A DNA stretch of 64,000 nt from Macrostomum hystrix (Eukaryota > Animalia > Platyhelminthes), in NCBI GenBank assembly GCA_950097015.1, contig CATNEN010000024.1, forward strand, positions 1,302,001 to 1,366,000, written 5' to 3'. The notes under the pieces were generated by a model. The model did no database searches and was not told the origin of the DNA. It saw nothing but the letters and a program-made list of their open reading frames with translations. Made by a program: the position numbers and the translations under genes. Shown here one piece after another: positions 39,558 to 52,108 of the stretch (position 1 is its first letter; each line of letters begins with the position of its first letter).

Positions 39558-41153
39558 GCTTTTGTCAGGCTATCTCAGCGAATGGGCATTCAAACTCAGC
39601 CAGCCCATCTTGTCACTGCGGCTTTTTTAACCTAAGCTGCTAATTTTTACCATAGACATGCATTTTAAGACCATGCTATCTCAGCTTGGGACGAGAAATC
39701 TCAGCCAACCTATAAGTTCTATGATATTCTGTCTATAGTTTTGTTAACATTTTTTAAACAGTCTATTTACAAGAGAAAAACTGGGTAACAGAAAACTGAG
39801 TATGGGATGGAAACAGAGCAAACTTTGAAAATGGCTACCAGAGACGATCAGTTAACAGGCTATTTCAGTTTAGTTGAAAGGTACCTCCTGGATGACATTG
39901 TGGGAAGCTCCGGTTGCAGTGAATTTCCCACCTGGCTACCTTCATTGGCGTCACAACTTGCAAAGAGTCTCGGCCCACTCGCTCCAGCAGAAAAATGCGC
40001 CATTCCACGCAGGTGACTCCATCAGGTCGGCCACCAGCTTCTTCCTCCACCAGTGCGGGGTCAGCGAGCTGCAGCTTGATCGAAGCCTTCACTGCACTAT
40101 GAGCCATCTCACACGGGTTGAGAAACGGCGAGTAAGCGGGCAGCAGCTGAATTTCAAACTGATGGCGGTGCTGCTCCGGCACTGTCACACCGCGATGAAA
40201 GCTTGGACCATCGCAGACTATGACGATTCTGGCGTTGCCGATTTCCGGGATGACTTGCTCCACGAGGTCATTGATGAATTGTTGAAACCTCTCCTTTGTC
40301 TGGCCTCCTCTGAAAAACTCACACTTCACCAACCCAAGTGCAGATGACACGGCCAGACAGATGGAAAGATTTGGACCCCTCTGTGTTGGGCAACGCCGTC
40401 TCACTGGCTGACCCTGTCGCGACCTTCGCTGTGATCTGCGCGTCCAGAGGTTGTAGCCCGTCTCGTCTATATAGATTACCACCGTATCCAGTTGCAGTCC
40501 CGCCATGAATAGCGCATACTCGCGTCGCTTCTCTATCACCGCGGGAGAGTTCGCGCTCAATCGAATGTCGCAGTTCTTAGTGGCAATCTTAAATGCATAC
40601 AGGGCTCCATCCAGAGCTCTGGCTATTGTCTTAATGGAGACCGGTGGCTTGTCTGGAAGCTGAGCAGCGAGATTAGTCTGCAATGCTTTCAGTGTCGCCA
40701 TCGGATTTTCATTTAAGAGGCCGATGAGCACTTGGCGCATCTCGTCCTCCAGCTTGCAAGAGCCGATCTTCCGGCCTCCGCGCTGAAGAGCATCAATCCG
40801 ACCTGTAGCTTCAAAAGTGGCAATGATGTGGCGAGCGGTTTTCAATTTGATGCCAAGAATTGTAGCGGCTAGACCAATATCCTGTCCTTCCGTCCACGCG
40901 GAGATCAGACGTCTTCTATCAACGTTGCTGGTTGCCCTCATTTTGGCGGAACAGCTTCAAATGTTAACAAAACTATAGACAGAATAACATAGAACTTATA
41001 TGTTGGCTGAGATTGCTCGTCCCAAGCTGAGATAGCATGGTCTTAAAATGCATGTCTATGGTAAAAATTAGCAGCTTCAGTAAAAAAAACCGCAGTAACA
41101 AGATGGGCTGGCTGAGTTTGAATGCCCATTCGCTGAGATAGCCTGACAAAAGC
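39558..41153 (-). mobile_element. IS630/Tc1/mariner DNA transposon, 1596 bp, 195-bp TIRs, TA target duplication
   Basis: TIRs 39558-39752 and 40959-41153 (8 mismatches by manual alignment); TA at 39556-57 and 41154-55; encloses the transposase ORF. Confidence 0.93.
39865..40941 (-). CDS. DDE transposase, 358 aa, DD33E spacing
   Basis: N-terminal HTH-like region, IYIDETG, VCDGPSFH, LPAYSPFLNPCE; ATG lies 18 bp inside the inner end of the right TIR. Confidence 0.92.
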   Translation of the reverse strand: MRATSNVDRRRLISAWTEGQDIGLAATILGIKLKTARHIIATFEATGRIDALQRGGRKIGSCKLEDEMRQVLIGLLNENPMATLKALQTNLAAQLPDKPPVSIKTIARALDGALYAFKIATKNCDIRLSANSPAVIEKRREYALFMAGLQLDTVVIYIDETGYNLWTRRSQRRSRQGQPVRRRCPTQRGPNLSICLAVSSALGLVKCEFFRGGQTKERFQQFINDLVEQVIPEIGNARIVIVCDGPSFHRGVTVPEQHRHQFEIQLLPAYSPFLNPCEMAHSAVKASIKLQLADPALVEEEAGGRPDGVTCVEWRIFLLERVGRDSLQVVTPMKVARWEIHCNRSFPQCHPGGTFQLN

Positions 41154-41253
41154 TATATTAGCGAAGCCCAAACCTGCGTGACGTACTTTAAGCGTTCCGA
41201 GAATTCTTTTTATATTTGTACAGACGACTTATTTACACACCCACTGAGCCCCG

Positions 41254-42913
41254 CTAAAGTGCACCGTCTTTCTCAACAACGTCGCGACACTGACGACACG
41301 ACAGCAGCGCAGTCAGGTGCCTCAGACGAGCGTCCTTGGCTTCCAGCTCCAGCCGCAGCTGCTTCAGCTGCGCCTCGCGCTCCATCAGACGGCGCTCAAG
41401 CGGCTCGGTCTCCGCCCGCACAGCTGCCAGGAGGGCGTCCTGCAGCTGTCCCATAACCGAAGCCACGCGCCTCTCTACGCCCGACTGAACTGTCGACGAG
41501 GTCACAACGGCAGCAGCAGCAGCGGCCGCTGCGGTAGGGGCAGCACTAGGCGAGTCCAAGCTAGCTGAGTAGGAACTCGTTGAGGCTGAGGTCAGCACAG
41601 AAGATGGCGTGCTCGATGGCGTGCTCTCTTTAACCTCCACCAGCTGTGAAGTTATCGAAAACTCGAATCCAGATTTAGCCGCCGCTAATTGAACTGTGGC
41701 GGAGAGAGGCGCCGGCTGCAGCAGCTCCTCCGGCGTGCAAGGCGGAGTCGCCAGCGATGGCGGCGAGAGGTATGGCGCGAGATTCGTGTCGTCGACACCG
41801 GAAGCCGGCGAACCGGGGTGGCATGATTGACGCCGACAGATGGTCAGGTCTTGCGATCCGCCGGGTGCCTGATCGATGGCCAGCCGCTGCTGGCGACCGC
41901 TGCAGCGGGGGTGTTCAAGCGAGGGGTTCTGGTTTATTTCAAGGCTGTGGAAAGACTGCGTGTGTATTTCAAATAACCATTTTTTCTGTATCTCCTAAAT
42001 TATTCAACCGATCGCCATGAAAATGCAGAACGCGGGCTAAAATTCTCCCCTTTATTCGATGAAACAACATACAGAATCACAAAGCACCGGCATCGTCGAG
42101 ATATTCAACGGTTCTCATCGGGTGTCTGGTGGTAAGAACCACCAATAAAGGCATATTCTTTCTGCTCATAAAATGTCAACATGGTTACATGTACATGACA
42201 TTGTTAACCTGCTACTGTTAACCAGCTACTGTTAACCAGCTACTGTTAACCAGCTACTGTTAACCAGCTACTGTTAACCAGCTACTGTTAACCTGCTACT
42301 GTTAACCTGCTACTGTTAACCTGCTACTGTTAACCTGCTACTGTTAACCTGCTACTGTTAACCAGCTACTGTTAACCAGCTACTGTTAACCAGCTGAATT
42401 ATTTCCTAACTGTACTGCGTCGATCCCAGATGCCGATTTCTGACACATCAGCGAGGTCTGCACTCACGCCACCGGGCTGCCCCGCCGACAGCCGGAGTGC
42501 AGGCATCTGTCCACGTGGCCGCAGAGCCCGGATGCCTGACGCCATTCTGAGCGATGCAGCTGCACAGCGCAGCAGCACTGATGACTGCCGGCGCCCTGTA
42601 CACTGGCCGACTTCTCAGCTCTGGCCTGCACCAGCTCGCTGTCGCTTGGCAACCGATAATGAGCGAACTGTTTCGAATCCTCGCGAAATCCTTCGACCCG
42701 TTTCTCGGGCACCAGGACGTGCAGGTCGCACACGGAGGCGGCCGCACAGCCCCAGCGCATTCGATACTCCTGAAAGCGGACCGGCCGGAAGCGGGACATC
42801 CGGCGCGATCCGATGACTGGGCCGTGCGAGTCGGCGCCGCCCTGCTGAATGGCCTCCATAGTGGAGTGTCGCCGACGCATCGGGAAGATGCCGGCGGAGT
42901 CCCTCAGCAGCAT
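41254..42913 (-). CDS. TSC22-box/leucine-zipper-like protein, 2 exons, about 378 aa
   Basis: Proposed exons 42913-42468 and 41944-41254 joined in phase 2 (donor GTGAGT, acceptor TTTCCACAG); VERRVASVMGQLQDALLAAVRAETEPL resembles the TSC box [27 protein letters not shown]; start codon uncertain. Confidence 0.55.
42202..42395. repeat. 14-nt minisatellite, about 13 units, in the TSC22-like intron
   Basis: Unit CTACTGTTAACC(A/T)G. Confidence 0.95.
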
Positions 42914-43655
42914 CTTGGTACTTGGCAACGGATTCACACTGGCACGATTTTTCAAGAGGCCTGCCTATAGGCACTTAATAATGCAACAGTCCTCTGTGCG
43001 CGCGTACAGTACCACATGGCATTAGCATACTCTGTGCTGAGCAATTGCGCACGCATGTTTATAATGCTTTGACACCGCCGGCCAGCCCTCGTTGGTTGGA
43101 GAGACTATTCGACAGTCGAATACGCCAGCCACCTCCCACCCGGCCCAAGGCCACATGCCATTTCCTAGACTATTTTAACCCTTACAAACTGAACAGTGAC
43201 AGTGATTCGCTTTAACAATTTACATGAACTATATGTATGTATGCATGCCAGCAATTCGCGAGCATATGCAGATTTCGTGTTTAGCGGTGCGTCGGTTGCG
43301 TATGGGCCGTCAAGTTGACGGTTGATCCGAATTTGCTGTGCACACAGAGAGGGTTAATCTAAACTCTGATACGATATCAGGAAAATTCTTCATTATAAAT
43401 AAGTGGCGCAACATATAGGCTATAGGTTGGTTGACTAGTTGGTGACTGGGCAGTCTTACACGCTACCGTAAGATAAATGACGCTGATAAGCTGATTGTCA
43501 GCTATTTTCGAACTTACTAGTAGAGAGTAACACTGATTTACATGTGTGTGTGGCATGAGCCAGCATATCTTTGAGAGCAGCAATTCATGTTTTTGCTTGT
43601 CGGTAAGATAAATTTCCTTTTTTCATGTTTTTCCCCTATCTCAACTATCTATTAT

Positions 43656-44535
43656 CCCACATCAGATTATGGCAAGGTGCGAGCACTCAATCTATGATCC
43701 CACATCAGATTATGGCAAGGTGTGAGCACTCAATCTATGATCCCACATCAGATTATGGCAAGGTGCGAGCACTCAATCTATGATCCCACATCAGATTATG
43801 GCAAGGTGTGAGCACTCAATCTATGATCCCACATCAGATTATGGCAAGGTGCGAGCACTCAATCTATGATCCCACATCAGATTATGGCAAGGTGTGAGCA
43901 CTCAATCTATGATCCCACATCAGATTATGGCAAGGTGCGAGCACTTAATCTATGATCCCACATCAGATTATGGCAAGGTGCGAGCACTCAATCTATGATA
44001 CCAAATCAGATTATGGCAAGGTGCGAGCACTCAATCTATGATCCCACATCAGATTATGGCAAGGTGCGAGCACTCAATCTATGATCCCACATCAGATTAT
44101 GGCAAGGTGCGAGCACTCAATCTATGATCCCACATCAGATTATGGCAAGGTGCGAGCACTCAATCTATGATCCCAAATCAGATTATGGCAAGGTGTGAGC
44201 ACTCAATCTATGATCCCAAATCAGATTATGGCAAGGTGTGAGCACTCAATCTATGATCCCACATCAGATTATGGCAAGGTGTGAGCACTCAATCTATGAT
44301 CCCACATCAGATTATGGCAAGGTGCGAGCACTCAATCTATGATCCCACATCAGATTATGGCAAGGTGTGAGCACTTAATCTATGATCCCACATCAGATTA
44401 TGGCAAGGTGTGAGCACTCAATCTATGATCCCACATCATATTATGGCAAGGTGTGAGCACTCAATCTATGATCCCACATCAGATTATGGCAAGGTGTGAG
44501 CACTCAATCTATGATCCCACATCAGATTATGGCAG
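43656..44535. repeat. 43-nt minisatellite, about 20 units
   Basis: Unit CCCACATCAGATTATGGCAAGGTG(C/T)GAGCACTCAATCTATGAT. Confidence 0.96.
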
Positions 44536-44823
44536 GTTGTAAGCAGTGTATAAAATGTACAATATAAAATTAACTTAATATGCCTTTACTCGTAGTTAAG
44601 ACTTTCTTCAATTGCTTTAAATAAGGCACCTTTAACATAAGCAAAGCAATAAGATACTGATCCGATATATTTTCCTTCTCAAAGAGATGCGACATTAAAC
44701 AAGCAAATTGTAAACAGTATGACAACAGTGTGCCCAAAGCACCTTTTGAAAATGTATGAACAAAGCCTAAGCGTTGTCATTAATTACGAGGCCAAGGACC
44801 ACTAGTAGACACTAGATACTAGA

Positions 44824-45250
44824 CATCAGACGCTACCACTGCTCTCCATGATTGCATCAGACACTACCACTGCTCTCCATGATTGCATCAGACACTACCA
44901 CTGCTCTCCATGATTGCATCAGACACTACCACTGCTCTCCATGATTGCATCAGACACTACCACTGCTATCCATGATTGCATCAGACGCTACCACTGCTCT
45001 CCATGATTGCATCAGACACTACCACTGCTCTCCATGATTGCATCAGACACTACCACTGCTCTCCATGATTGCATCAGACACTACCACTGCTCTCCATGAT
45101 TGCATCAGACACTACCACTGCTCTCCATGATAGCATCAGACAACTACCCCCTGCTATCCATCACTGAATCAGACACTACCCCCTGCTATCTATCAATGCA
45201 TCAGACAACTACCCCCTGCTATCTATCAATGCATCAAACACTACCCCCTG
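44824..45250. repeat. 31-nt minisatellite, about 13 units, degenerating rightwards
   Basis: Unit CATCAGACACTACCACTGCTCTCCATGATTG. Confidence 0.93.
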
Positions 45251-45306
45251 CTATCCGTGAGCTCAGATCAGTCTGGGAAGGATAGCCAGATTTCCAGAGC
45301 AGCAAG

Positions 45307-47512
45307 TCAAGCCTCGAGTCCCAGCTCTTCCAGGCACTGGTCAATGGCCTGATTAAGCCGCTCCGCAGCGGCACCCCTCGGCAGATGCGACCGCAGCTGA
45401 TCAATAATGTCGATGGTGTCAGCCTCTTGACGATCGCGAACGCTGGCCGCGTCTTCCATAACTAGGAGGCGGAAATCCGGCCTAGACAGCACATTGTCCA
45501 GATGGGCACAGCAGAACTCTGCGCAACTGACGGGATAAGGACTAGAAGATATGGGATAAGCGCTTTGAGAAGGCATACAACTAGCCCTCACCTGTTCTCC
45601 AGCCTGGGCAGCTGCATTAGACGAGCCAGGCGCAGGGCATGCACCACATTTTCTTGTGTCAGGCCAGTCTCAAGGCGTCCGGCGCAAAGACGCTTCAAAC
45701 CAGACAGAAGCAGCAAATCGGCAATCGACATTAAAGATAGAACCGTTGAAAAATCGGATTCCTCGTCTGTTTTCAGCGTCACAAGCTCGTTGCCATAGAG
45801 ATAGGCCAACACGCTTGCTAGCTCGCTGGCAGTCAGGCAGCCAAGCCGCAGTAAGCGAGTGCCGTCTGCCAGCCATTTACCGTCGCTTAGTTCGCTGTCA
45901 ACCGCCGCTTGAAAATACTCACTTCGACCGCACACAAACAGGCGATGACAGCGGAAGCGCCAACTGCGACTTACATCGTTGCTGTCGAATAACGGGTCGG
46001 AATGTGCCTCCAGGACGAGATCCGGGTAGCAGTCGATTTTGTCGGCTTCTGGCTCCAGCTCCGGCTGCAGTTCTGGCGGCGTGGCCTGCTTAGCCAGGAA
46101 TGACAGATCCCGACTGACCTGGGGATGGGTTCGTAGGGTCTTGAGTACATGTTCCCTTGAGTGGACTACATACTCCCTTTAGTCTGGAGTAGTTGTTCCC
46201 TTAGATCTGGAGTAGATGTTCCCTTAGATCTGGAGTAGATGTTCCCTTAGATCTGGAGTAGATGTTCCCTTAGATCTGGAGTAGATGTTCCCTTAGATCT
46301 GGAGTAGATGTTCCCTTAGATCTGGAGTAGATGTTCCCTTAGATCTGGAGTAGGTCTGTTATCTTGAGTCTGGAATAGATGCAGACAAGGATCGTCTGAG
46401 CTGCCTGAAACCTGTCGCATATCCGGGTCCAGCACAATGGTGTTGACCCGGAGACCAGGCTTAGCAGCCCGAAGGCCCTCCAGGCCGGAGAGGCGCTGGT
46501 TCAGGCGGTCCTGCAGGTGTACTAGCTCGGTCTTAGCGGCCAGCCTGAGCAAAGCATCCAATCTGTCGAGTCGAATCTCCACCCGGCCGGTGTATAGGTA
46601 CTGCAGGAGAGCCCGGAACGAATCGGCGTCAATGCGAGCGCTGCGCACTGACACCTGCAAAGTAGCCGAACAAGATCCACAACCATTCTCGCCCCATCGA
46701 TGCATTCTTTTAAAAACACGAAGCCTTCGTTTTATTTTATTCATCGATGATTTGTTTTTATTTATCTCTATTTATTATCCTTTCTTTGTATTTTTTGTCC
46801 TTATCTCAGACAACCTCCTTGACTCAAATCCATTCCGTCTTCTTAAACTGAACCCCTTCCCAGCCTTTTTTAAATCGAGCCCGTTCCCAGCCTTCCTTAA
46901 TCCTCTCCTCTCCTAACAGACTAATCTCCTCTCAGCCTTTCTTAACCCAAATCCCGTCTAAGCCTATCCATTGGAGCTTCTTTTTTAGAAGCTGTTCCTC
47001 TTCTGTCCGCTTTGCAGAATGCGATCCTAGTGACAAGTTCTCACCAGCCGCCTTCCGCTCCACTTTCCGGTAAAGTTTCTTTGAAAATAAGGCGACCTGG
47101 CCATCAGGACGCACCGATGCGCATTGAACTCGGACCCATCGAACAGACTAAACGAAAAATCCACATGAGGAGCGGCTTGAAACGCCGTTCTCATTAGAAA
47201 TTCCGAATAAGCGTCGCGTTGCATTGAGTGCGCCGTGACCACGCTGTTGTCAAGCAGCATGGCGCGAATCCGATCTGTCAGGGCGCCATAGACGCAGCGC
47301 TCACCGTCGAATGTGCTAGCCTGACAGGTGGCGCCCTGCTGCAACAGATAGCGAACTAGATCCTCGTGGCCGCACAGGCAGGAGTAATATAGTGGCGTCG
47401 AGTCCCATTGGTCGCGAACGTTCAGTTCAACGTCGCGCTCTTCGACTAGAAATTGCACACGGGTCAGGTCGCCTCTGCGACAGGATTGAAACAGGCTGGC
47501 CAAGTCGGACAT
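45307..47512 (-). CDS. ABTB1: Ankyrin repeat and BTB domain protein 1, 4 exons, about 485 aa
   Basis: Exons 47512-47045, 46654-46412, 46118-45592, 45526-45307. LNVRDQWDSTPLYYSCLCGH..TFDGERCVYGAL, two BTB domains (AHRCVLMARSPYF; CHRLFVCGRSEYF), and C-terminal RQEADTIDIID. Confidence 0.93.
46180..46352. repeat. 23-nt minisatellite, about 7 units, ABTB1 intron 2
   Basis: Unit AGATCTGGAGTAGATGTTCCCTT. Confidence 0.95.
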
Positions 47513-48661
47513 GCGCCGCGCGTTTAATAATTAGTAGGTGGGTGCTACGGTTGCTGGGGGACAGCCACCAATCCCAGCTTGAGCAACTGAAGCGGTCAGC
47601 AAACGGTGCGCTTGGCTTTAGCTGCAGCTGATTACTAATAGTACATTCCTATTGCTGAGTTTGTCCTCTTTCCAGCACAGGTTCCGGTTAGATAACAGCT
47701 ATAGATGATTTCAAAACTAAAGTTAAATAACGAAGGCGATTTTAAATTACAGTAATTTTTATAATATTCTGATGATGAAAAAAACAAACTTCTTGTATAT
47801 TTAAATTAGCATCGTTTTCATTCAATCAGTCACTATTTAATAAATTAGCTATATTTCTCACAGCTCACTAAGTATCAATAGGAAAACTATGCCAGTGATA
47901 TTTATAGGTGACAAACAAATGAACCAAACTGCCAGCGATTTTCTTTGCATTAGCAATATTGCAGAGGATTTTAATTTGGAGATTAACTGCCTGCAACAAA
48001 CTTGAAGCGCGAAATACTTAAACTATATTTTTTACTTAACAACACTTCCGTTTAACAGAAAAATAAGGAAAGTTTGATCAGTTTAAAACCAGGTCGCAAA
48101 ATCATAGCTTACTAGATATTAAATGTAAACAAATCAATAAGCTAAGCTGTGACAACTGGCAACAAGTCGAGTTAGAAGTCAGAGAACAGGTGTAACAAAA
48201 ACTATCAGAGTGTTAGATGCTAAACAGGAAAAAATACACTACTAACACTAGACACGAGCACACAAATGCGAAAAGATTTGTAGAGCAAGCGACGCACACG
48301 AATGACGCAGATAGAATGATAGAAGAAATTGTAGAAAACGTGAACGGACTAAACTTAACAAAAGAGCCTATTAATTAACAAACTTATTAATCGATGTGAT
48401 AACAAACAAATGAATCGATTAGACAGTTTATCGTTAGAAATTCGTAAACAAATAAATAACCTGTTGGTAGCATAGCTTTCCAAATTTCACATTTAAACAT
48501 CATGAATAGCATCAATTGAACGGATTAGAAATAAAAAAACAGGAAACCATAATTAGGGTCACAGTTAAAGTACGTTTTGTGTTAGAGAACTAGGATACAA
48601 TTTTGGCGAGTTTTCACACCCAGAGCAGGGACGATTCCACCGGGCTTCTTGCTCAGAAGCT

Positions 48662-51600
48662 TTATAGCTCGGTTTTCTGAAAATTTGTTAAATTTGTGTA
48701 ATAAATAGATTAAAAAACAGCAATCAGAGATAGTAAAAGAGATTTTGCAAAAAGGGATCTCCATTAATAATTATGAATTAAACGGATGAAAATGTATAAT
48801 AATATGAGAAATTTATAACTTACCACATCGTCTGTCGCCTTCTCGTCCTTGGTGTCCTCTCCGGCTGGCTTATCTTTAGCCGCAGCAGCCGGCTCATCAT
48901 CAAAGTCCTCGTCTACTGTCTCGGATTCCGGCACGCCAACGGACAGGCGCAGCATGGATTCGATGCGCTCGGCGAAGCCGGCCGAGTCCTCCAGAGCGTA
49001 GCCGCTGCGCAGAGTGGCAGCCTCGTACAAGATTGTGGCCAGCTGTGTGGTGGCCTTGTCATCTGGCTGGTCAGCGGCCCGCTTCTTCAGCTCTTTAATT
49101 AGCGGATGGCGCGGATTGATCTCTAGAATCTTTTTCTGTGTAGAAAAGTGCACTTGAGAAGGATCCTGGGCCTTCTGGTAGGCCTGGGCGCGCATCACTC
49201 GGTCCATAGCTGCGTCCCAGCCGTACTGAGAGGCCACTAGGGCGCATGGCGAAGAGGCTAGGCGGTCGGAGATCTGGGCCTTCTCGATTTTGTCCTTCAG
49301 AGCGGTCTCCTGCAGCCACTTGGTTAGAGGTTCGAAATCCTTAGCCATAGCCTCCTTGCGCTCTTTGGCTTCGGCGGTCTCCTCGCCGATCTTAATACCG
49401 TCCTTGGCTGCATTTTGGAACTTCTTTCCTTCGAACTCTGGCAGAGACTGGATAGCGTACTGGTCGATGGGCTCCAGCAGATAAAGAACCTCATAGCCGC
49501 GCTTTTGCAGCTTCTCTACAAACGGCGAAGATTCAACCTCTTTCCTGGTCTGACCGGACATAAAGTAAATGTGCTCCTGTTTCTCCTTCATTCGGCTCAC
49601 ATAGTCGGCTAGCGAAACCTGTTCTTTGCTGTCGTGGGAAGACCAGAACAATAGAAGCTTGGATAGGCGGGTCCTATTAGCCGCATCGTCGATAATTCCA
49701 ACCTTCACATTGGTGGAGTACTCCTTCCAGAATAGTTTGTACTGTTCAGGCTCAATCTTCTTGATCATATCTAGAGCCTTGCGGACTAGCTTCTTTTTTA
49801 TTACCTTCAGTAGTTTGTGCTGCTGCAGGGTCTCGCGGCTGACATTAAGCGGCAGATCGTCCGAGTCAACAATGCCCTTGATGAAGCTCAGATACTTGGG
49901 CATCATCTCCTCAAAGTTGTCTGTGATGAACACTCGCCTAACGTACATTTTAATGTTGTCGGTCTTCTTTCCAAAGTTGGACCAAGCATCAAAGTCGGCA
50001 GTTTTCGGTACAAACAGAATACTTTTGAATGTGACTTCGCCTTCAGCAACAAAGTGGGACTTAGCTAGCGGATCGTCGCTGGCTTTAGTGAACGACTTGA
50101 AGAACTGATTGTATTCTTCGTCCTTGATTTCAGCAGGCTTGCGGGTCCAGATTGGCTTGTTCTCGTTCACCAGTCGCCAATCCCACACCGTTTTCTCTAC
50201 CTTCTTTGGCTCGGCCTTATCTTTTTCTTCTTCTACGGTGGCATCCTCATCCTTCTTTTCCTTCTTGTCCTCTTTCTCTTGCGCCTCTTCAACAGTCTCC
50301 GTGCGGCTCTCCCACACATAAATAGGGAAGTTAATGAACTGCGAGTACTTGACAATGAGATCGCGCAGGCTGTTGGGCTCAAGCCAGTCCAAACCTTCCT
50401 CCTTTAAGTGCAGAATGATTTCAGTGCCACGCTTAAGTGTGTTGCCACGCGGATCCTCTGTGACAGTGAAACTGTTGGCATCGGACTCCCAGATGTACTG
50501 CTTGTCATCGTTGTGCTTAGTAATAACCGTTACCCGGTCTGCAACTAGGAAGGAGCTGTAAAAACCGACACCAAACTGGCCAATCAGATCGCTGCTCTCA
50601 GTCTGCGACTGGGTCTCTGAAAGCTTAGACAGGAACTCTGAAGTGCCAGATTTAGCTATTGTGCCCAGATTCTTCACCAGTTCATCCTTGGTCATGCCGA
50701 TGCCAGTGTCGATCACGCGGAGTGTCTTGTCTTCCTTGTCAGCTTTAATCTTGATGCTGAGCTCAGGTGTGGAATCTAGAACCTCCTTGTTGGTGAGTGA
50801 CATAAAGCGAATCTTGTCCAAGGCGTCGCTGGCATTGGAGATGAGCTCGCGAAGGAAGATCTCTTTGTTTTTGTAAAGAGAATTGATGATCAGCTTCATC
50901 ATCCTGTCCACCTCAGCTTGGAAAGCAAACTTTTCAGCTTTGTCACGCAGCTCCTTGACCTGAGCAGCATTAAGACCATCAAGCTTGATGGCCTGCTCTT
51001 CTCGCTCGACTACTTTGTCATCAGTTTTAGAGCCAACCTTGTCACTACCAGCACCTTCAGTGACTTTAGTTGGATCCACATCACCAGTTTGAGCTTGAAC
51101 TGAAGGTACCAAAGTTGTGAAGATACCTGTTAGGATGAGGATAGGGATTAGGATGGTCTTTATTAATAAAAAATGGATAAACAAGCTTATTTTACATACA
51201 CATGCTATATCATAGATAAGCTAAGACTGAAAATTGGTAGTGTGAATGACCACACAACTTTTATTTTAGCAGATTTAAATTGAAATAGTTCCAATATATA
51301 GTACTAGTGTTGTTAACTACCAACTAGTGAGACTAATCATGTCTAGGTTAAGCAAAATATTTTTTCTTCTTAATTACAGCAAGCTAGCTGTATTGTAAAA
51401 TAAGAAATTAAATAGTAGGAATATGAAAAATAATTTGATTTTTAACTAAGGACAAGGTCTAAATTAACTACATAGTAAAAAATCTAAAATAAATATAAAT
51501 AAATAAAATGAAAAAACATAAATATATTTTGGAAATAAGGTATAAATAAGTAGCCTGGTCTTATGATGCTGTCCATAAATACGAATTTGTAAAAAAAAAC

Positions 51601-51876
51601 AGCACTAGTAATACATGCATACTGTAGCTAGCTATATAAAAAATTACTACTTAGTAAAATAGGAAAATATATACAAAAATGCATAAAACATCAGGAGCTA
51701 GAAAAGGGCAATACAAATGAGGATTCTTTCTGGGATTTCTGATATTTGGGTATTTAGATATACTTGAATTTTGTCATACCATCTAATTTTGTTTATGATG
51801 GCTAGGCTAGCTAAGTTCTTTACTTACCAAACGAGAGTAGGAAAATACACACAATTAGTATGTATCGTCGACGCAT
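48662..51876 (-). CDS. HSP90B1: Endoplasmin (GRP94, ER Hsp90), 3 coding exons, about 788 aa
   Basis: Exon 51876-51828 (signal peptide [17 protein letters not shown]), exon 51126-48824 ([57 protein letters not shown]), exon 48676-48662 (KTEL-stop). Confidence 0.97.
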
Positions 51877-52002
51877 TGTCAGTAAAAACAAAAAGTGCAG
51901 AACACAAGTGCAAGAAGCTGTTGAATTTGATCAATGAAGCGATAAGTGATGTTAGGCTATTTATGTTTGATATGAAAAACAGCAGAAAGCTGAGCGTATT
52001 GA

Positions 52003-52009
52003 TTATATA
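52003..52009 (-). promoter_or_regulatory. TATA-like box of HSP90B1
   Basis: TATATAA on the minus strand between the ERSE and the ATG. Confidence 0.4.
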
Positions 52010-52085
52010 CTATCTGGGGCAGAAGATTCAGAAGTGCTAAGTAGATTTTTAAATTAGTGCGTAAGCGTCTGCACACGCCTTTAGA

Positions 52086-52104
52086 TGTGGTCTTACCTGA
52101 TTGG
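52086..52104 (-). promoter_or_regulatory. ER stress response element (ERSE-like)
   Basis: CCAAT-CAGGTAAGA-CCACA, i.e. CCAAT-N9-CCAC, 210 bp upstream of an ER chaperone ATG (consensus ends CCACG). Confidence 0.65.
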
Positions 52105-52108
52105 CTAA

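Noticed and set aside
42202-42395. 14-nt unit matching CTGGTTAACAG at 22426 (TE-derived seed idea)
   Set aside because: An 11-mer match is not significant in 64 kb
43106-43321. Perfect palindromes TATTCGAC-A-GTCGAATA and CCGTCAA-G-TTGACGG; possible ribozyme
   Set aside because: About one such 8-bp stem is expected by chance in 64 kb; I could not fit an HDV or hammerhead fold
43656-44535. CRISPR-like appearance of the 43-nt and other arrays
   Set aside because: Units are head-to-tail with no unique spacers, there are no cas genes, and the context is eukaryotic
51127-51184. Alternative signal peptide MFIHFLLIK... at the start of ORF 48764..51184
   Set aside because: It starts at TTG inside intron 1; a proper ATG exon with a signal peptide exists at 51876-51828
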